Source of the DNA: Chrysemys picta bellii
Lineage: Eukaryota
Reading direction: 5' to 3'
Length of the DNA stretch: 64,000 bases
Assembly (NCBI RefSeq): GCF_011386835.1
Contig: NC_088802.1
Coordinates: 18,476,001 to 18,540,000, forward strand
In this document: in pieces, positions 1 through 12,079 of the stretch
Numbering within the stretch: the stretch's first letter is position 1
Layout: every line of letters starts with the position of its first letter
Notes under the pieces: generated by a model
Databases searched by the model: none
What the model was told of the DNA's origin: nothing
What the model saw: the letters and a program-made list of their open reading frames with translations, nothing else
Program-made: the position numbers and the translations under genes

Positions 1-10
1 CAGCACTTAC

Positions 11-150
11 CTGGATTCATACCGAGAGGGCCCTGTGCCCAAGCACCCAGGGGTAATTGGGGAGCAGCCCCAGCCAACCAGAGATGCTTCTCTGATGCAC
101 CGGGGGTAGCAGAACCTGCATCCCACTTGCCTTTTGTGTTTCCATCACAG
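11..150 (-). other. Probable first exon of a neighbouring minus-strand gene that runs off the left edge
   Basis: Strong donor on the minus strand, CAG|GTAAGT (exon ends at 11), preceded by ATG AAT CCA G (ATG at 20-18). A ZNF143 motif array lies immediately upstream. The exon 5' end is not determined. Confidence 0.45.
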
Positions 151-152
151 AT

Positions 153-440
153 GCACTGTGGGAAATGCAGTCTCCACTGCAAGGCATAAAGACACGCACT
201 CTTTGTTGCAGAGCAAACTCCAAAGGGCAGTCTGTGTGGCGGAGAACTATGGGAAGTGTAGTCTCCCTTGCCGTGAAACAGCGTTTTGCATCGCAAGGCA
301 TTGTGGGAGCTGTAGTCTCTGGGCCTGGGCCTGATCAGAAATGTAGTGTTTGTAGTGGAGCATTATGGGGAAAGCAGTATGCATGGCAGAGCGTTATGGG
401 AAGTGTAGTTTGCATTGCAGGGCAGTATGGGAAATGAATT
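153..440. promoter_or_regulatory. Array of about 6 ZNF143/SBS-type motifs (GCATnnTGGGAnnTGTAGT = rc ACTACAnnTCCCAnnATGC)
   Basis: Full match GCATTGTGGGAGCTGTAGT at 298-316; near matches at 153-171, 244-262, 360-378, 391-409 and 422-440, all in the same orientation. Confidence 0.75.
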
Positions 441-633
441 TCTGGGAGGCATGAGGACTACTTGATGATTGTGATGTGCTGGAGAAGAGGCTGTGGAGGG
501 GCAGGGAGGCATCCCAGCTTTAAGAAACAAAGTGAGCCCTGCAGGATAACAAAGGGAGGAATTCTTTGCCTGCCGTGACTTCACCATTAGTTAATTCATT
601 TTAAACACCCAGTCCAAGGGCCTGGAAGAAATG

Positions 634-745
634 TGTTAAGAGCAGGATGTGAACCCAACCTCCACCTGCAGACTACTAATACCCAGCTCAAGAAAAGCAC
701 ACAGAGCCTTAAGCACGGTCCCTTTGATCACTTAGCTAGCCTGGT
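634..745 (-). pseudogene. Decayed tRNA-Leu-like sequence with an intron-sized insert
   Basis: Reverse complement begins ACCAGGCTAGCTAAGTGATCAAAGG (cf. tRNA-Leu ACCAGGATGGCCGAGTGGTTAAGG), has an anticodon-loop-like CTTAAG and ends GGGTTCACATCCTGCTCTTAACA (B-box/T-arm-like). At 112 nt it fits an intron-containing tRNA-Leu; many differences fit CpG decay. Confidence 0.4.
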
Positions 746-958
746 GCCAAGGACATCTATCTCTATCTCTGGATTTCACGGAGCCTTGAGGAAATGTCAC
801 ATTCCCAGCTAGGGCTGTTATGGAGGCTTGTTTTTCTCGGTAAGCTCATTGCAGGCTGAAGAAGTCTCTGAAGATGAAGGTTGTGATGTGGAGCAACTGC
901 ATTGCTGGGTTGGTCTCCTTGTATTTAAATGTACACCACAAAAACATCCAATCCACCC

Positions 959-961
<3 letters not shown>

Positions 962-990
<29 letters not shown>
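962..990. repeat. (TC)n microsatellite
   Basis: About 14 TC units read directly. Confidence 0.9.
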
Positions 991-994
<4 letters not shown>

Positions 995-1063
995 GTCCTT
1001 GTTTGTCTCTTTCACTGTCTGACTTTGTTTCTCTTTGTGCATCTGTCTCGGTTTCCTTTATGT

Positions 1064-1275
1064 TGTTGTGGCCGCGTTGGGGATTTCAGAGAGAGGAGGT
1101 GGGTGAGTTAATACCTTTGATTGGACCAAGTTCTGTTGGCGAGAGAGAGAGAAGCTCTTGATCCACACAGAGCTCTTCTGCAGGGCTGGGCTCCCGCCTG
1201 GTAAGCTTGAAAGCTTGTCTCTCTCACCAACAGAACTTGGTCTGTTAAAAGATATTACCTCACCTGCCTTCTCTC
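1064..1275. mobile_element. Old Penelope-like inverted-terminus fragment
   Basis: Imperfect inverted arms (GGTGGGTGAGTTAATACCTTTGATTGGACCAAGTTCTGTTGGCGAGAGAG ... CTCTCTCACCAACAGAACTTGGTCTGTTAAAAGATATTACCTCACC); a related partial copy lies at about 58735-58820. Confidence 0.5.
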
Positions 1276-2462
1276 TCTTTCCTTTGTCATTCTCTTATAG
1301 TAAACTCGGTACAACACTTAGTTATATCAGGATAAAGGTGCTTATATCAACATAGCTTATTCCCTAAATTTACAGGACTAATCTATGCTAGTATAGGCAT
1401 CTTTATACTGGTATAACAGCATCCATACTAAGGGGAGGTGTACTGCTTTAACTATACCAGTTTCAAACCAATATTGTTAAAGCAGTGCAAACACTGTGTA
1501 GACAGAAATTAAGAACTCACAGAGGAGATCATGATGCAGCATCACAGCTGCTGGGAGGATTTTCCATAGGCTGGGGGGGGGGGGGGGGATTGAAAACGGC
1601 CCCAGCAGTGATTTATCCAGCACTGGAAAACAGAGAGCACTCATAAACGAGAATTCATATGTTAGGGTAATTCAGTGTCACTGTAACTATTTGGTTAATG
1701 TAAGAGCTTTATTTCCCCGTGCCCTTCCCCTTGAAGGTTTGGGTGCATGATGAAGAGGTCAAAGAGACACAGCTAAAGCAGGAAGAGTTTGGGGCTCCTG
1801 GATGCTTGTGGATTGATAGTGGACATCATGGGCTCTTTTGTGAGTCTTCCTTTCTTGCCTGTAAGGGCTTCTTTCTCTTCCCTTTGGCATAATTATTCTC
1901 ATTTCATTTTGTTTTTTGTTGTTATCACATAGGAGCTGGTTGAAATATTTTGCCCGAACATTTGTCCAGTTAAAATACCTGGTTTCAAGGCCAAAATATT
2001 TTATGGCAACAGGTCAGTTTTGCTGAAATGTTCTGATTTCGTGAAAAAAAAAATTAAACAGAACATTGGGCTTCGGACTGATATTTTGACATGTCAACGT
2101 CGTGAAACAAATCATTTCATGTCCAGCGAAACAAAACATTTCCAGATCCAATGTTTTTAGAACTTTTCCTTCTATGTAATGTTTCTACGTTTTGAGGGTT
2201 TCCACCCTCCATTAAAAGCTAACATCACATATCAGCATGTTTAGTGGGAAAGAAATTCCACTTACTGAACAGCATTGTTAAGTTTTATTTAACTTGGTGA
2301 AGGTGTAAAAGGCTTTACCAAAAAGGGGGAGTCTTCCATGGTGCTCTGCTGACTTGCACCAACCGAGAAGATGACCATATGCGGATTAGTTTCCAGCTCT
2401 GCTAAATGGGTATGGGTAAAAGTGAGAGCAGAGACTGATCCCCCATGACACCAGTGGAGTTA

Positions 2463-2784
2463 CTGTAGAACCTCAGGGTTATGAACACCATAGTTACGAA
2501 CTGACCAGTCATTCACACACCTCATTGGGAACAGGAAGCGCGCAATCAGGCAGCAGCAGACACAGTATGGTACAAATACAGGACAGTATTGTGTTAAACG
2601 TTAACTACTAAAAAAATAAAGGGAAAGCAGCATTTTTCTTTTGCACAGTAGTTTCAAAGCTGCATTAAGTCAATGTTCAGTTGTTAACTTTTGAAAGAAC
2701 CACCATAACGTTTTGTTCAGTTACGAACGTTTCAGAGTGACGAACAACCTCCATTGAGGCGTTTGTAACTCCGAGGTTCTGCTG
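2463..2784. mobile_element. TcMar/Tigger-like MITE
   Basis: TIR C(A/T)GTAGAACCTC...GAGGTTCT(G/A)CTG with TA on the left flank; homologous second copy at 40370-40704. Confidence 0.7.
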
Positions 2785-3160
2785 TGTTCCTGATTTATAT
2801 TAACATAAGAGGGGAACGGAGCTTCATATTTTCCTCTCAAGCTGTGTTGTAAATTGATGGGCCTTGTTTCATGGGAAAGCAAGAAAGGATAGAAATAATT
2901 CTAATACCTGTTACTTCCCCCTGCTGTCGGGGATAAAGCCTTACTGCTTTAATGCAAGGGGAATGGGTGGGTGATTCGGGGTCTGAAGTTCTCACTTTTG
3001 ATCCCCACTAACAGCTGTGATGATATAGCTGCACACACAGGCACTTCCAAGCCCCTCTCCACCTAGGTACGTGGGTGGCCCCCTGTCACCACAGTGTCGG
3101 GGCACTTGATGGACCCAGGCCTGAAAATTTGGCTCCAGCAGACATCAGGGGAAAGCAGGG

Positions 3161-3839
3161 TGTAGTGGGGCAACTGCCCACTCCTGGAAAACAAGGGTTA
3201 AAAGCAGCCCTGGAGAGGGCTGGGGCTGTGAAATTGAGGCTAATTGAGGAAGCAGCCACAGCTGTGGCCAGCTTAATTGGGGCCCAACTGGCCGCTAAGA
3301 GGGCTGTGGGCCAGAAGCTGAAGGAGTCTCACTCTAGCCCTGGAGTGGGAAGGGGTAGCTGTCTGAGAGTGAGGTACCTGAAGTGGAGCAGTGCTGGGGA
3401 AGGGCAAAGGGAGCTGGGGAGCTCCAGCCTGGTGAACCCCCAGGCCGCAGGCCTTGGTGAAGGCCTACAAAAGGTATTGGGGCTGCAGAGAGGCAGCCCG
3501 GAGATAGGCAGAGGCAGCTGATCCTACACCCTTGCCAGTGATGAGCGGCCATTACAGACTGGTCTGCCCCAGTGAGTGGGGGCTAGATGATGACTGGCAG
3601 TAGCCACTCAGGCAAGATGGGTTTAGTGGTTGGGGGTTTCCCTGGGAGGGGAGAGTCAGATTTTGGGGTACTGCTGGGGGCAGAAACCCAAGGGTAAGGG
3701 GCACTGGGGTCTGGGAGGGACACAGGGCCAGCAGCAGGCAAGACACTGGTCTGCAGAGGGCACTCCATAGGCTGGAAAAAAGATAATTCCTAGATGACCA
3801 GCAGGAGGCGCTGCACCGGTGAGTCTCAACCTCGCTACA
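3161..3839. mobile_element. Solo LTR (Gypsy/ERV-type)
   Basis: TGTAG...CTACA termini with a perfect 5-bp TSD CAGGG (3156-3160 and 3840-3844). Confidence 0.85.
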
Positions 3840-3949
3840 CAGGGATTGAGGGCAGGCACTGTCTTTGTGTTCTGTTTGCACACTGTCTAGCACAAGCTGT
3901 GACTGAGATCCCTAGCTACTATGATAATATAAATAAATAAATATTTATA

Positions 3950-4649
3950 CAGTAAAAGCTTTGTTATCTGGCATGTTGGGGGGAATGGAGGTGCCAGTTA
4001 GTCAAAAATTCCAATTAACTAAGTGTTATACTTACCACTGGAATACCAATTTTCAAAGAATAAGAATACAATAAAGTGAATACAGCATAAAATAGTAGAC
4101 AGGTACTCAGCAATACTGGTACTCAGCAGAATTCAGTCGTAGTATTGCACGGCAGATTGGCTAGTTTCTTGAAGCACTTAGGTGTATACAGGGAGTTTTC
4201 TATATAGTAGGTTATCTTATGACACTGCATGTCACTGTGGGCAGCGCATGGTGTACACCCAGAACACTAAAGCTATACTGAACATCATTTAATCTTTCTT
4301 TGATGATTCAGAAGGCACTTCAGGATCTTGCAGTGCCTCCGGGTCAGCATTATCAATACCAATTATTGTACAGTAGATGTAGAAGGTGTAAGAGATTGGG
4401 CTGAATCTATACTGACCCTATAACACACCCTGGAAGCTGCTTTTTTGAATAAATCCCTGATATTAGTTTGTTTACTTGTCTTCTGCCTCTTTTGCATAAA
4501 AGCAGAGTGCAGAATGTGCAATTGCATAACCTCCTGGGCAGTATACTTGTCCCGGTTACTAGATTGAAGATTTGTATTGGGAGAGATCAGAAATGCCAGT
4601 TAATAGAGCTTTCCGGTTCATAAAGTGCCGGATAACACAGCTTTTACTG
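3950..4649. mobile_element. Non-autonomous TcMar/Tigger-like DNA transposon
   Basis: About 24-bp TIRs CAGTAAAAGCTTTGTTATCTGGCA / TGCCGGATAACACAGCTTTTACTG with TA on both sides. Confidence 0.8.
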
Positions 4650-4741
4650 TACTATTAATGAATAATCTTTCTCACGTAGCCTGCCTTGAACCCAGTAGGC
4701 ATGGCAGGGAAAAGAGAGCACCACCCCAGTTTATAAAAGAG

Positions 4742-4747
4742 TTTATT
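4742..4747 (-). terminator. Candidate polyadenylation signal of TRIM gene A
   Basis: AATAAA on the minus strand about 240 nt after the stop codon. Confidence 0.45.
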
Positions 4748-4985
4748 TCTGTCGTTTTTACCCAGTGCAACAGACAAGAGCTCCTTTTGTGATATACTAA
4801 ATCATACTTCAGCCCCCACCCCCGTCTCATTCTCTGCAGAAACGTTCAGCCCTCTGGGATCATAGAGAACAGGGACCAACAGGCCGGTCAGAGTCATTCT
4901 CGCATCTAGTCAGATCGCTCCCATCTTGAGGTTGCTTTGGCAGGCCAGAAATGCACTTCAGATGGGGGCTGTCCCGCCCTGCACC

Positions 4986-5503
4986 TCAGGGACACAGTTG
5001 GAGCTGCATGTCTTCCCCACAGAGATGGAACCAAGGGTGGACTCTCTCCCCGCCAAAGGAGGCCGGCGGGAAAGTGAAGATGGGTTTCTCGTTGTCCGCG
5101 TCGAAGAAAGACACCCGCCCCACTTCGTAGTCCAGCAAAACCCCAATCCTCCTGGGGTCCCAGCTCAGATAGAGGGTGGTCAGAGGGGAGGTCGGGACCC
5201 AGTATTCATCCACGCACTGGCACAAAATCCAGATTCCCGCCTCATGGCTATGGCTGATCTCTTCCTTCCTCCTCACAGACTCTCTGGCCACCCCCATGGC
5301 CCAGTATCCCCCATCCCCCACCTCCACCTCCCAGTAGTGTCTCCCCGAGGTGAATCCCTCACAGCCCAGCACACAGGGCTCAGCGTCAAATCTTTTGGGA
5401 TTGTCAGGCACTCGCCGCCGCGTGTCTCCCCATCTCGCGCTTCTCCGATCCTCAGACACCGTGAGTTCGGGATGAGCTGTGTCTGGATCCAGAGTCACAT
5501 TCA
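4986..5503 (-). CDS. Gene A terminal exon: B30.2 (PRY-SPRY) domain
   Basis: [10 protein letters not shown]...GRHYWEVEVG...LDYEVG...IFTF motifs; CAG acceptor at 5506-5504 and TGA at 4988-4986. Confidence 0.95.
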
Positions 5504-8500
5504 CTGGTGGGGGAGAGAATCACAGGGTTAGAGGCAGAGCTCAGCGTTAGGGGACATTGGGACCATTTCTCACACTCCCCAGCAGCCCCATCCTCGCTAG
5601 GACACTCCCCGATTTCCTGCCTCGCTGTCCTGGGACCCAGGCAGCTGCCTCTGTGCTGGGGTTGAGCTGGGATTTCACTGCAGCCCCCTCCTGCCAGAAT
5701 CTAGAAGGGTGCTGTTATGGCTGCCCCTCTGCCTTCTCCCCCACTCCCATCATCAGGGACGAAGCAGGGGAGGATGCCCGGACGGAGGCATCAGCTTTAG
5801 TTGCAGTTTGGGAACCCACCTCACGCCCCCGCGCAAGGAAAGAGAAGGGGGCAGTACACGGACAAGAAATCTGGCAGTGGGAGGAGTCAGAGGCACCAGC
5901 TGGAGAGACCCCTCCCCACCCAGCCATGGGGAGAGGGTAAACCCCCACCACATCCAGCCGATCCCCGGCGACATGCCTGGCTCCCGACACAGCAGCGCCC
6001 TCCGCTTGCAGGGCTCCGCAAGAGTCACCCCCACCGCCTCTGCCTTATTTTTAACGGGGGAGCTGCTATTTCTCTTCATTCATAACTATTTCTTAAACCC
6101 GCCCCCCATTCCGCCCCACCGACAATGCAAACAGATCTTCTGCCACCACAGACACATATTCTGCACTATGGACAATATGAACCTGTTCCTAGAGCAATCT
6201 ATTCCTGGGCCTTAGAGAGGCAGCACCTGGGGACACAGGCGCCAACTTTATCATATCCCAGGGGGTGCTCGACCCCTGCTCCGCCCCAGGCCCCGCCCCA
6301 ACTCCCCTCCTTCCCCCAAGGCCCCACCCCTTCCCACTCCATTCCACCCCCTCCCACAAGTGCCCCTGCCCTCACTCCTCGCCCCCCCCCCCCCGCGCCT
6401 CCTGCACACTGCTGAACAGCTGATTGCGGTGGGCGGGAGGCACTGGGGGAAGGGGGAGGAACTGATTGGCAGGACCCACTGGTAGGCGGGAGGCACTGGG
6501 GGGAGGGGGAGGAGCTGATTGTGGGGGCGCTGCTGGTGGGTGTTGAGCACGCACTATTTTTTCCCTGTAGCCCTGGAGCACCCACGGAGTCGGCACCTAT
6601 GCCTGGGGAGATTCCCCCCTCACCCCTAAGAACAGGGCACAGAGGCCTCCGAATCCGGGGAAAGGAGAGAGGGGGAGAACTGTGGTTTAATTACGGGAAA
6701 GATGCAGAGGTACCCAGAGGGAGAGGAAAAACCCTTGGGTTGGTCACTCTGTTTGAGGTGAATTGCACCTAGAGAAAATTTCTACGAAAGCCAGATTGAA
6801 ATTAAACAGAATCAAGAACACAACATGGGCCCTCGGCGTCAACAATAGAGTTTAAGTCCTCCAAAAGACTTTACATCCCTCCATAATTAGCATAAGCAGG
6901 TTCTTGACCAAGGAATCACATTCATGTCATTCCTGCTAAGTCATAAGGATAATTCCCCAGAATCTTCACTTGATTCAGATATTGTACCAGCTGCCTGTCC
7001 TCTTTGGGTGTTTGGTTTTACCGTATCAGGCAGAGCCCGCCCCCTCTCACATTCAGAGTTACAGCTCCATTTCCTGCCTCAGTACCTTTGGATTCCTTCA
7101 GCGTCTTCCTGACACTGTTCCCCTGAGAGAATTCACTGAGGAACTCCTCCAGCTCAAGAGGAATCTCCACCTGCTGCTGGGACTTCCCCTTTTTGCACCT
7201 AGAGAGACAGACTGCAGTCAGCCTGTGGAACTCTTTGCCAGAGGATGTTACGAAGGCCAAGACTATAACAGGGTTCAAAAAAGAACTAGATAAATTCATG
7301 GAGGATAGGTCCATCAATGGCTAGTAGCCAGGATGGGCAGGGACGGTGCCCCTAGCCTCTGTTTGCCAGAAGCTGGGAATGGATCACTTGATGATTACCT
7401 GTTCTGTTCATTCCCTCTGAAGCACCTGGCACTGGCCACTGTCAGAAGACAGATACTAGGCTAGATGAACCTTTGGTCTGACCCAGTATGGCCGTTCTTA
7501 TGTTCTAATTCATTGTTTTATAACATATAATGTATCACATCACCTGTCAGTACGAATTTCGGATAGTGAAGACTGCTAGATTGAGGGGTCAGGTGACTGA
7601 ATTGTTCTGTGGATCCCAGCCTCAGAACACGGTCAGTCAAGGCACCAATTTCCCCCACAGGTCCAGTTAACATGCTTCAGTTGCGACGTGAAGAAAGACC
7701 AGCTCCAGGGAGGGGAAAGGAGTTATTTTCAGGTGAATAATCCAGCCTTTAGGATGATTAATCACAGGGCCTTAAATAAAGAGCACCAAGTCCAGGATTT
7801 TGTTCAGCCGAGGAAGGCTGGGATCTGAATTTTAATCCTCCCCCATGCATTTGGCTGGAACCCTTCCCAGCATGATGAAGCCCGAGGGAGAAGTGAGAAG
7901 GCAACACATACCTGCTCAAGGTGCTTCTGACATCCTGGAGGGGAGGGGGGAAGAGAGAGGGAGAAAGAGAGAGAGATTCAGTCCCACAGTGCTAATAATG
8001 AAAACTGACACTACATAAATCTCTGTACCTGGTTACACTTTTCCATAGATTCCTAGGTCTGAAGGGACCATCGTGATCATCTTGTCTGACCTCCTGCACG
8101 TTGCAGGCCACAGACCCTCGCCCACCCACTTCTAATAGACCCCTGCCTCTGGCTGAGGTACTGACGTCCTCAAATCATGGTTTAAAGACTCCAAGTTATA
8201 GAGAATCCACCACTGACACTAGTTTAAACCTGCAAGTGACCTGTGCCCCATGCTGCAGAGGAAGGCAAAAAAACCCCAGGGTCTCTGCCAATCTGATCCG
8301 GGGAAAAATTCCTTTCTGATCCCAAATCTGGCGATCAGTTAGACTGTGAGCATGTGGGCGAGACCCACCAGCCAGACACCTGGGAAAGAATTCGCTGTGG
8401 TAGCTCAGAGCCCTCCCAATCTACTGTCCCATCACCAGCCTAAGTTAAATAGCATAGGGCCAGAACCAATCTTTGAGGGACCCCACTAGAAACACGTGTT

Positions 8501-11500
8501 CAGTGATGATTCCCTGTCTACAGTTACACTGAGACCTGTCAGTTAGCCAGCTTTAAGTCCATATCATGTGTGCCAGGTTAATTTTATGTTGCTCTATTTT
8601 TTTTAATCAAAAAGTGAAAATGAACAGTGTAACCTCAGGTGTATTTACTGCACCTTCACTAAATCTACCCCTTCTTGTCACTGTCCCTTTGAAGCACAAA
8701 GCAGTGAATGTAAACTAATAATGAATAAATACACTCTGGACCATGATTAAAGGGGGTAGGCCTTTAGCCACAGTGCAGACCTCTTGATGGGTTAGCACAG
8801 CGGTTCTCAAACTTTAGCAACCCGAGAACCCCCATTTTGATTTAAACATTTTCGTGGACCCCCAAGCCTCCCCATCCCTGCTCAGTCCCAGGCCCCACCC
8901 TACTCCACCCCTTCCCCCAAGGCCCCACCCCACCCCTCCTCTTCCCTGCCTCTTTCCACCCCCTCCCCCGAGCATGCTGCGTCCCCACTCCTCCCTTTCC
9001 CTCCCAGCAGGAAGTGCTGGGAGGGAGGGGGAGGAGTTGAGGGAAGGAGCTGGAGGAGTTGATCAGTGAGGCCAGCAGACTGGGGGTCTGTGGACCCCAG
9101 TTTGAGAAACACTGGGTTAGCACAACTGCCTTGAAGCATTGACCCAAGACCCTTTCTTGGCCCAAACAAAGCAGGAGAAGAAGGCCGGCCTTGTGATGAA
9201 GGCACAGGAATGGGGTTCAAGAGACCCAGAGTCAGTTCTTGACATCGTCAGAGACTTTGGCCCTATCTTTAGGGAAATCACTTAGTCTCTCTGGCCTCAG
9301 TTCCTCATCCATGAAATGGGGATGATAGAACATACCTACTATAGACCCTGGTGAGTAGATCTTCATTAATATTTGTGAGGTGCCCAGACATTGGACCAAA
9401 AGAGGTCTGATCACCAACTTCATAGAGTTTATTTATTTCGATTGGAAAGATCCATAATTATACGCCTCTCCCACCACTCTGACAAATCACAGCACGAAAA
9501 CAAACTACAATCAAGACTGATACAAAGCAATAGAAAACCCCATCTCCATTTCGCTGCAGAGATTGGAGTTCTCACCTGTGGGAATTCATTCGCTGCCTGC
9601 TGGCACTTCCGCTCCATCTCACTGATCTGCTCACTGAGCCGGGAAATCTTCTCGGAGAGTTTGGTGACATTTTCATTCTGTATCCTCACAATCGTCTTGT
9701 CCAGCTCTTTTAGCTGGACCAGCAGGAGTCGCTCTTTTTCCTCCAGCATCTGGTACAGTTGTTGAAATAGAGACACAATCTTCTGCCTCTCGGCTTGTGT
9801 CTGTTTCTGTAACAAACAGGGGAAAGGGAAGTTCAGGGACCCAGAGTGGATAAGAGTAATAATTAAAAAAACAAAACAAACCCAGAGTTTATTTAAACTA
9901 TTTGTTTTTTAATTTGGTGCTGCTAGATCTTTTCTTTCTTCCCATTTTGTCCAGTTAAATTGCTCAAGCGGAGGTTTGTTCAGTTTCCTAGTTGTTGGGC
10001 AAATTTCAGATTTTACAGAGATGTTTTTTTGGAAGAGGTTTTATAAGGAAAACGTTCGTCTGGGCTCAAAAAGGCAAGTCCAGGGTCTTATTAGCAGGGA
10101 CATGAGGACAGTCAAGTGACATTTGATAAAACAGAGGGGAGACTTTAGACATCAATACATCTAAAAATGCAGCACTTGAGATACTGAGAAATAAAAATGC
10201 TCGGCCTGCTACTCTCCCCAGGGTTCCTAGAGCCTCACACTTGGCCCTGGTGGCTCTGACTGGTGCAGCCTCATATCTGACCTGATCCGTCTGTCCCCGG
10301 ATAAAAGGGGGTCTTCACATCTGAGTCCTTTCCAGTAGCAGGAAGGGCAGGACTCACAATGACCTTGGCAGAGGCTTGGTGAGAGCGGGCAGGGGAGGGG
10401 GAGAAAATAATTCAGAAGTTCTGAGGAAAACTCTGATCTTCCGACACCCCCAGAGCCAGCCATGTGCAAATGGGAACACTGGGACCCTGACTGAGACAGG
10501 GTCCCAGCAGGGTGCATAAGGGGCATGTGATGGAGAAGAAAAATGGGCCTCTCTCTTATGTGTGGGACTGGCCACACTTACAGACCTGCCAGGATAGCTC
10601 CAGACTAGTGGCGCTAGTGACAAGGGAAGAAGGAAGCAGGACCAGGGCCCTATGCCTGCACTGTCCAGTGCCCACGGCCCCTCTCCTGGGTCTGGCCCAG
10701 CCTCAATGCAGGGCAGGAAGTTACTGCCACAATCCAGCCCACGGAAAGGGACATACAAAGACACAGATCTGGCCACCGTGCCAGGGGCCTTCCACCCCCC
10801 TCACAGAGCAGGGTCCTCAATTCACCACACCATGCCAGGCCTCCTTTCCCCACCCAGCAGAGTCCCCAATTCATCCCACCATACCAGGGGCCCCAATTCA
10901 CCCCCTCATGCCAGGGACCCTTTCCCCACCCCACACAGAGCAGGACCCCCCCAATTAAGGGAGCTATGTCTCTTTCCTCCCTCTGGCTTCCCCTGCAGGC
11001 TAAGTACCCGCCCCATGACTCCCTCCACCAGGGACAGCAATTATTCCTTTTGTAATTCAGGGTGCGAACACAGTTACCCTCTATTGGGAAGATGAGCGGG
11101 GCTATTGTTATACTGCAATGTGTTAACAAGGGCCATCCACAGATGTGGGTGGCTCTCATTTTACCCTCTCTTTGAATGTCCCAGTTGTCCCCCAAATCTA
11201 TAGGGCTCTGGCTGTTGAGGCCTAGAGCATCCCCTGAAATTTTGGCATGGATCAGATGCAGTGTTCAGCGAAGCTCCATCAACAATTACCTCCCCTGTTC
11301 ACAGAGTGACACTCCCCCAGACACACAGCCCCCCAAATCCATGTCCCTGCTTGCGTAACAACAGGCACCTACCAGATGCTGCTGGCATCTCCCCTCTTCA
11401 GTCTCTTTAAATCCCAGCAGCTTTGCCCTCTCTTCCTTCAGGGTCTGCAGGCGGGTCTGGATTTGTGCCTGAGCCAAGAGAAAGGGTTTGAGTGGATTGA

Positions 11501-12079
11501 AGTATTTTGGTGTGTGAGGTTTTCTTTGCCTTGGGGGGTTTAGTCTACACAAAGTCCTGTGTCTGAAGGACTGTGTGACTCTTACTCTTTGTCCCCTGAA
11601 ATAACAGTGCTATTAAAACAAATAAAAAAGAGGCACGAACTCTCTAGCCCTAGCCAGAGCTTCCTTACCTTGTAATCCAAGCCAGCCTCCTCTATGGGAA
11701 CCACCGTGTGAGCTCTGTGAGCCTGGGACTCTCTGCAAACCACACAGATGGGGGTTTGATCATCTTCACAGAACAGTTTCAGAGCCTCCTGGTGTTTCTC
11801 ACACCTTCCCAAGCCTTTGGCTGCCTGGAAACTCAGCCCTTTGGCTATTTCGATAACTCTCGCCAGCTCCCTGTTGGGCCTGAAGTTTCTTTTCCGGGCA
11901 GTTTTTCTGCACTGGGGGCAGGAGAAGTTTCTAACCGATCCCTCCCAGCACTGGCTGATGCAGGCTCGGCAGAAATTGTGTCCGCATTGTATCGACACCG
12001 GGTCCTGAAAGTACTCCAGACAGATGGAGCAAGCCAGCTCTCTTTGCAGGGTCTCTACCCCAGAGCTCTCTGTGGCCAT
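4986..12079 (-). CDS. TRIM gene A: RING/B-box2/coiled-coil/B30.2 E3 ligase (TRIM7/27/39-like class), about 463 aa
   Basis: Exons with GT-AG sites and consistent phases: 12079-11669 (411), 11468-11373 (96), 9806-9576 (231), 7934-7912 (23), 7198-7086 (113), 5503-4986 (518). C3HC4 RING and B-box ligands are intact and the frame is open. No intact linker micro-exon was found. Confidence 0.88.
6234..6601. mobile_element. GC-rich hAT MITE (CATAGGCGCC-type TIR)
   Basis: Perfect 8-bp TSD CCTGGGGA; family members at 41009-41454 and 62152-62588 (near-matching 8-bp TSDs). Confidence 0.8.
7214..7506 (+). mobile_element. CR1 LINE 3' end
   Basis: ORF2 C-terminus remnant (LWNSLPEDV...[17 protein letters not shown]) plus a CR1-type 3' UTR ending TTCTTATGTTCT. 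Related copies at about 28104-28390 (+), 50605-50920 (-) and 59545-59770 (+). Confidence 0.85.
8043..8440 (-). mobile_element. CR1 LINE 3' fragment
   Basis: Reverse-oriented CR1 tail CATAGATT...GAAGGGACCATCGTGATCATCT. Confidence 0.6.
8798..9114. mobile_element. hAT (Charlie-type) MITE
   Basis: TIR CAGCGGTTCTCAAAC / GTTTGAGAAACACTG with a perfect 8-bp TSD GGTTAGCA; close relative at 53876-54223. Confidence 0.85.
9200..9400 (+). mobile_element. MIR/CORE-type SINE remnant
   Basis: CORE motif TCACTTAGTCTCTCTGGCCTCAGTTCCTCATCCATGAAATGGGGAT; similar remnants at about 20040-20150 and 52325-52445. Confidence 0.55.
11669..12079 (-). CDS. Gene A first coding exon: RING + B-box2
   Basis: MATESSGVETLQRELACSICLEYFQDPVSIQCGHNFCRAC...CPQC...[32 protein letters not shown]; donor AAG|GTAAGG. 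Confidence 0.95.

Noticed and set aside
4926-5531. 201-aa plus-strand ORF
   Set aside because: Antisense shadow of the gene A B30.2 exon; 38959-39726 (-) is the equivalent shadow of gene C.
6733-6768. 36-nt in-frame candidate micro-exon for gene A
   Set aside because: Weak donor (GTTTTT), and the region aligns with intronic sequence of gene C (about 38030-38090); not excluded without cDNA.
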